This document shows, piece after piece, positions 60,801-64,000 of a stretch of 64,000 nt of DNA (positions within the stretch are counted from its first letter, which is position 1; each line of letters opens with the position of its first letter). Origin of the DNA: Candidatus Parvarchaeota archaeon (GTDB lineage: Archaea > Nanobdellota > Nanobdellia > WJKC01). Position numbers and translations under genes: made by a program. Under the pieces are notes generated by a model that saw only the letters and a list, made by a program, of their open reading frames with translations, ran no database searches and was not told the origin of the DNA. Where the stretch lies: contig JAUWZX010000001.1 of NCBI GenBank assembly GCA_030615175.1, forward strand, positions 62,566 through 126,565, read 5' to 3'.

Positions 60801-61292
60801 CCAGAGCAGTATTATGGTTTCGGCTTCACTCATCCTGTGGAGGACATTAATCATGGAGTTCACGTAACTTCTTATAAAACTCTTGTTACTATGATGGACA
60901 AGCTTTACGCGCAAATGGATTTAGCAAAAAAACTCTGCGCTGTTGATGCTAAGGATGTTGCTTCATTAGTTATTAATAAGCATTTCTTGCGCGATATTAA
61001 AGGGAATCTTAGGAAGTTTACTAGTCAGACTTTCAGGTGTGTTGACTGTAATGCGAAGTACAGGAGGATTCCATTAATTGGCCGGTGCACTTCCTGTAAT
61101 GGTAAATTATTATTAACTGTTCATCATGGAACTGTTGTTAAGTATTTGGAGCCAAGCATTAATTTAGCAGAGACGTATAATGTTGATTCTTACATTAAGC
61201 AAACGCTTGAAATCTTAAAGCAGAGAGTAGAGGGTTTGTTTGGCTGGGATACTTTTAAGCAGACTGACTTGAATAATTACTTAAAGAAATAA
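57876..61292 (+). CDS. DNA polymerase II (PolD) large subunit DP2
   Basis: About 1138 aa from ATG 57876 (the ORF track starts at TTG 57822). Collinear DP2 pattern including Zn motifs (CPKCSNK...CEECG; CYRCG; CVDCNAKY...CTSCNG). No intein is apparent. Confidence 0.9.
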   Translation: MDINDYFKLLNKRVARAYKVAEKARRLGKDPELKVDISVAKNKAERCVSLVAIVAPEILDKGIPEEIIKLEGKYEAGDFRVALTIAYRTAKEEFCSFESRTKALATGIRLGLAYATLGTVSAPLEGFIELKIKKTGDGKDYLAVYYAGPIRAAGGTAEAVSVLIADYLRHKFGYAKYDVKFREVERYLYEVSDYNSRVSRLQYFPTKQELEFLVTHIGVEVSGDPTTTFEVSNCKDLERVETNQIRGGMCLVLCEGVAQKAGKVYKKLESWGDNFDFTGWSWVKDFLKVQKRIWNKRDKGLAGTESKLSPNFKFIQDAVAGRPILSYPLTRGGFRLRYGRTRFTGHECLGFNPATMRICNNFLATGTQLKIELPGKGCTVTPCEFIDGPVVELIDGTVLKLNTFEEADKVINEVKRIIYLGDILVNYGAFKEHGHKLIPSPYVPEWWVLDFKKAVSKGFKSHNKERINELINNPFTVIPDLDESVKISKEFKIPLHPSHSFFYDQKKEYLLDVAKNLSIKMPKSFKKQLSLLGVPHKVSGNSLVIAELDYKRLKLVLDNYRAKTNDVFKELSGNSGLKIMNTAPFFIGARMGRPEKAKLRVLKGKPHMMFPVGRQGGRYRSFNAAYNIGYVEGDFPLRVCPKCSNKTVLSFCEECGSPANKYYKCYRCGKEVSMPVHCNTKCASYSKRRIDIKHYIDKALKSLSIQMPPLVKGVRGTSNKTHVPESLEKGILRAKHGIYVNKDATIRLDFTELSLTHFKPKEIGVSIERLIELGYTTDIHGNELKGDDQVLEIIPQDVIISECSEFPGADMTVHLINIANFVDELLVKFYHLKPYYSVKSKSDLIGKLIVCLAPHTSAGVIGRIIGFSKIQALIAHPYLHAGCRRDADGDELGIILLMDALLNFSRQYLPDKRGGRTMDAPLVLTTNLNPLEVDDEVYDFDRSWVYPLSFYKATLKYKDPWSIKSIKRVEDFLGKPEQYYGFGFTHPVEDINHGVHVTSYKTLVTMMDKLYAQMDLAKKLCAVDAKDVASLVINKHFLRDIKGNLRKFTSQTFRCVDCNAKYRRIPLIGRCTSCNGKLLLTVHHGTVVKYLEPSINLAETYNVDSYIKQTLEILKQRVEGLFGWDTFKQTDLNNYLKK

Positions 61293-61372
61293 TTCGTATA
61301 GTATAATTTCCTTTGGAAGGGTTACATTTTTAAAGCGTTATTGTTTAATTTACTTTAAAAGGGGGGTATAGA

Positions 61373-61501
61373 ATGCTTGGGCGTGAATTTGATACATATA
61401 ATATTAGGTGTCGCAGTTGTGGTGAAGGGAAGCCAAGGGATGCTTTTAAAGGGTCAATAAGAAGGATTTGTATTGATTGCAGGAAAAAGTATGGCAAGTA
61501 A
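61373..61501 (+). CDS. small zinc-ribbon protein (42 aa)
   Basis: MLGREFDTYNIRCRSCGEGKPRDAFKGSIRRICIDCRKKYGK has CxxC...CxxC. It is preceded by a purine-rich GGGGGG about 8 nt upstream of the ATG and is below the ORF-track cutoff. Confidence 0.4.
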   Translation: MLGREFDTYNIRCRSCGEGKPRDAFKGSIRRICIDCRKKYGK

Positions 61502-61504
61502 TTA

Positions 61505-62692
61505 TTATAGAATATAATAACTTATTGTTGGCACTACTAGGCTTGCTAATAAATGGCTTTTATTTATTCTCTTCTTATTCGCAATTATCCCGATACAAGT
61601 GCATATCATGAAAACAATGAGTCCTAGGATTCCGTTAATAATTGTTACCAGAGTTCCTATGAATAATAGTATTATTAAGCTGAATTTTGAGTAATTTATC
61701 CTGCTTATCTTCTTATTTATTCTTTTTGCTGTTTCTATGACTAAGAAGTAACTTATTATTCCTGTAATGATTATGCATATAATGAGTATTAGGTAGTCAG
61801 TGAGCACTAGTGCAGTGTTCTGTTTTATTAATTCAATCATTCCTGAGCGGGCTTTATTAATCGTTATTAACGCGATTAGTGAGTATATTACGTCAGCAGT
61901 GTTAATTCCTCCAATAGTGATTAAGTATTCGCGTTTATTTTTTACTTTGCTTACTTCATTAGCAATTAAACTTGCTTGTGAGGGGCCTACTGCAGGGATT
62001 ATTGTTATAATGCTCGTGGCTGCTAATGCTTTAATCACTCCGCTCATTATTGTTTTTTTATCAATGTCTACTATAATTCTTTGAAGTTGTTCAGGGACCT
62101 GCACTCCTTTGCCAACATTTTTAATTAGTATGCTTGCCCCGAAGAATCCTGTAAGCATTGCAAGTAATGGTTCGTTCATTAAGTTATTTCTTAATACAAC
62201 AAACCCTGTAATTCCTGATGCAATGAATACCAGGAGTGCCCATCCAATCCTGTTCTTCTCTCTTAATATGAAGTGAATGCTGATTAATACAAGCATCATT
62301 GGCACGTAGTTTTTTACGTGCGAGTAAATAATTGGTATTATTAATATTAGCGGCATCATTGCAGTGCTTGTTAGGAATATTGCTCCTAATGCGCCAATGC
62401 ATAATAATTTGACTGCTTCAAGTCCCCGCCCTTCCAGCAGTAATTCATGTGCTGGCTGCGTTGCCATTATGCTTCCCTCGTCAGGCGCTCCGAAGTATAT
62501 TGTTTTTATGAATTCAAAGAATTGTGATGTAATGCTAACGCTTACTGCCAGTACTGCAAAACTTAATGGTTCCATTAAGAGTGCTAATGGCAGTATAATT
62601 GGTATTAATGTGTTTGGGTGCAGTCCTGGAATGAATCCCGTAATTATGCCTATTATCAATCCTATTAGTAATACAGTTATTATTTCAATCAT
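61505..62692 (-). CDS. TctA/DUF112-like polytopic membrane protein (COG1784-type)
   Basis: 395 aa with more than 10 TM helices. N-terminal GLIIGIITGFIPGLHPN resembles the TctA-family signature. Confidence 0.45.
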   Translation of the reverse strand: MIEIITVLLIGLIIGIITGFIPGLHPNTLIPIILPLALLMEPLSFAVLAVSVSITSQFFEFIKTIYFGAPDEGSIMATQPAHELLLEGRGLEAVKLLCIGALGAIFLTSTAMMPLILIIPIIYSHVKNYVPMMLVLISIHFILREKNRIGWALLVFIASGITGFVVLRNNLMNEPLLAMLTGFFGASILIKNVGKGVQVPEQLQRIIVDIDKKTIMSGVIKALAATSIITIIPAVGPSQASLIANEVSKVKNKREYLITIGGINTADVIYSLIALITINKARSGMIELIKQNTALVLTDYLILIICIIITGIISYFLVIETAKRINKKISRINYSKFSLIILLFIGTLVTIINGILGLIVFMICTCIGIIANKKRINKSHLLASLVVPTISYYIL

Positions 62693-62745
62693 TTAAGTGC
62701 TTTTTTTAAGTCCTGTTTTTTAAATAAGGATTATTGTGCTCAAAC

Positions 62746-63276
62746 TCATGGTTTCATTAAGTAATAACTAAAGTCCACGCTTCCGTAACTTTTCTTCTTC
62801 TTTTCTTCCAGCACGCCAATTACTTCCTGTATGCTTGACTTAGTGCTCCTGTGGGTCGTGTTTATTTCATGAATTCTGTGTTCTTCCTTTATCGCTTCCT
62901 GCAGTATTAAGTCCATTGCTTCTGCTTCAAGATTAATTCTTATTTTCTTGTTGTTATATTCTCTTTTCTTTAACCTTATTCTTAATTCTGCTGGGTCGCA
63001 TCTCGTAACAAAACACATTCGTGTTAATTCTTTCGGGTAGTAGTGGCTTAAGTGTGAGTCAATTATTATTACTTTTTCACTTCTCTCCTGTCTTTCCTTT
63101 ATCCATTTAATCATTTTATCCACGTCAATTAATTTTACTCCTTTAACTATTTCGCTTACGTAATCCTTGTGCCCGCTTATTAGTATGTATTCGTAATCGT
63201 AGTGTTCTGCTATTCCTTTTGCAATGCTTGTCTTGCCCGTTCCCGGGGTGCCTGTTACGAGTATTGCCTTCTTCAT
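62746..63276 (-). CDS. Fap7/AK6-type adenylate kinase-like NTPase
   Basis: 176 aa. KAILVTGTPGTGKTSIAK P-loop at the extreme N-terminus, with the size and pattern of archaeal Fap7. Confidence 0.7.
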   Translation of the reverse strand: MKKAILVTGTPGTGKTSIAKGIAEHYDYEYILISGHKDYVSEIVKGVKLIDVDKMIKWIKERQERSEKVIIIDSHLSHYYPKELTRMCFVTRCDPAELRIRLKKREYNNKKIRINLEAEAMDLILQEAIKEEHRIHEINTTHRSTKSSIQEVIGVLEEKKKKSYGSVDFSYYLMKP

Positions 63277-63306
63277 TTAATTTAGGATTAGGATTTAATG
63301 GTTTAA

Positions 63307-64000
63307 TTATTTTTTGTAGACTTCAATGCTTAAGCCGTACTTTTTTTCAAGTCTTCTTATTCTATCTCCTTTTCTGCCTATTAATTTTCTTAACTGCTCC
63401 CTGCTTACTTTTATTACCGCTTCATTATCTTTTATTTTTATTTCAGGCTTCCGGACCAGTGACTTTATTTCCTGTTCAAAAGCGTTTAAGTTTCTTTTCT
63501 TCCTTGGAACAACTGGTATTACTACTGTCTGCTCGCCGTAAGTGTACATTTCATACTCTAATTCTCCTGTTGAGTAATCCTTTACTTCAACTACTGGGCG
63601 GGCAAGGTCTGATTCGTACATTCCTGACGGGACTTTAACTGTTATTTTTATTGAGTATGCTTTTTCAACCATTCCTTTGTTAATGTATAGTAATGTGTCA
63701 ATAATGCTTGGAACCATTCCTAATTCAACTTTGCCTACAAATCTTTTAATGCTGTCAATGGCGCTGGTGCCGTGCAGTACGCCTATTAATCCAATACCTG
63801 CAAGACGCAGGTCAGCGTATAATCTGAAGTCGTTGATGCTTCTTAATTCGTCAAATATTGTGTAGTCAGGTCTTGTTAGCAGCAGTATGTCGTGTAATTC
63901 TTCTTTGCTTGCCAGGCTTTTAGAGTACTGGGTTATTTCTCTTGGCAGTTGGAGGTCTCTTGGTGCTTCAATTGTTTTAACTATCCTGCCTTTTCTCTGA
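63307..64000 (-). CDS. PilT-family ATPase with C-terminal KH domain (COG1855-like), 5'-truncated by the window edge
   Basis: The reading frame stays open from 64000 down through the tracked Met. Upstream translation reads ...IVKTIEAPRDLQLP...LLLTRPDYTIFDELRS...AGIGLIGVLHGTSAIDSIKRF. The C-terminal roughly 70 aa are KH-like (LRKLIGRKGDRIRRLEKKYGLSIEV). Confidence 0.6.
   Translation of the reverse strand, partial: QRKGRIVKTIEAPRDLQLPREITQYSKSLASKEELHDILLLTRPDYTIFDELRSINDFRLYADLRLAGIGLIGVLHGTSAIDSIKRFVGKVELGMVPSIIDTLLYINKGMVEKAYSIKITVKVPSGMYESDLARPVVEVKDYSTGELEYEMYTYGEQTVVIPVVPRKKRNLNAFEQEIKSLVRKPEIKIKDNEAVIKVSREQLRKLIGRKGDRIRRLEKKYGLSIEVYKK

Overview
Low-GC, very gene-dense archaeal chromosome fragment. 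Several convergent gene pairs overlap by 6-20 nt. PolD, Orc1/Cdc6, a histone, aIF5A, aRF1, archaeal DnaG, aCPSF1 and archaeal MAT together mark it as archaeal. Unusually compact aaRS genes and giant surface proteins suggest a small-genome DPANN-type archaeon, but that assignment is inference.

The backbone is information processing:
- a split Hef/XPF pair and an NSUN methyltransferase with a PUA partner
- DnaG, aCPSF1 and the proteasome beta subunit
- MetRS, AlaRS and ValRS
- SAM synthetase, a histone, aIF5A and aRF1
- EndoQ and RPA
- a textbook replication origin (inverted ORB-like boxes around an AT-rich stretch) directly upstream of an orc1/cdc6 - PolD small - PolD large operon.

RNA genes I can fold by eye are seven tRNAs and an SRP (7S) RNA at about 20931-21200.
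- The tRNAs are initiator-like Met-CAU, Leu-CAA, Val-CAC, Val-UAC, Gly-CCC, Ser-GCU and Ile-GAU.
- Four contain introns, three of them at non-canonical positions: T-loop in Leu and Ser, D-loop in Ile.
- The Leu and Ser T-loop introns share a near-identical hairpin element.

The accessory part is a roughly 17 kb minus-strand block (11387-28472). It holds two paralogous giant cysteine-rich secreted proteins of 2990 aa and 2406 aa, plus a small Cys-rich membrane protein.
- The giants combine LamG/ConA-like, FN3 and FG-GAP propeller domains with uncharacterised CCGDD...FYN and CSGTIYQTR Cys modules.
- Both giants end in the same tripartite tail: ATD[W/Y], a TM helix and a basic tail.
- A short archaeosortase-like gene with Cys/Arg/His motifs sits at 2335-2841. 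I regard this as a candidate new sortase/sorting-signal surface-protein system.

Other oddities:
- a bacterial-type minimal AlaRS
- duplications of gene ends (aIF5A 3' end, EndoQ 5' end, tRNA-Val 5' end, tRNA-Leu 3' end), each flanking a short hairpin-bearing insert
- an MNT/HEPN pair at the island border.

No CRISPR array, rRNA, transposase or integrase was seen.
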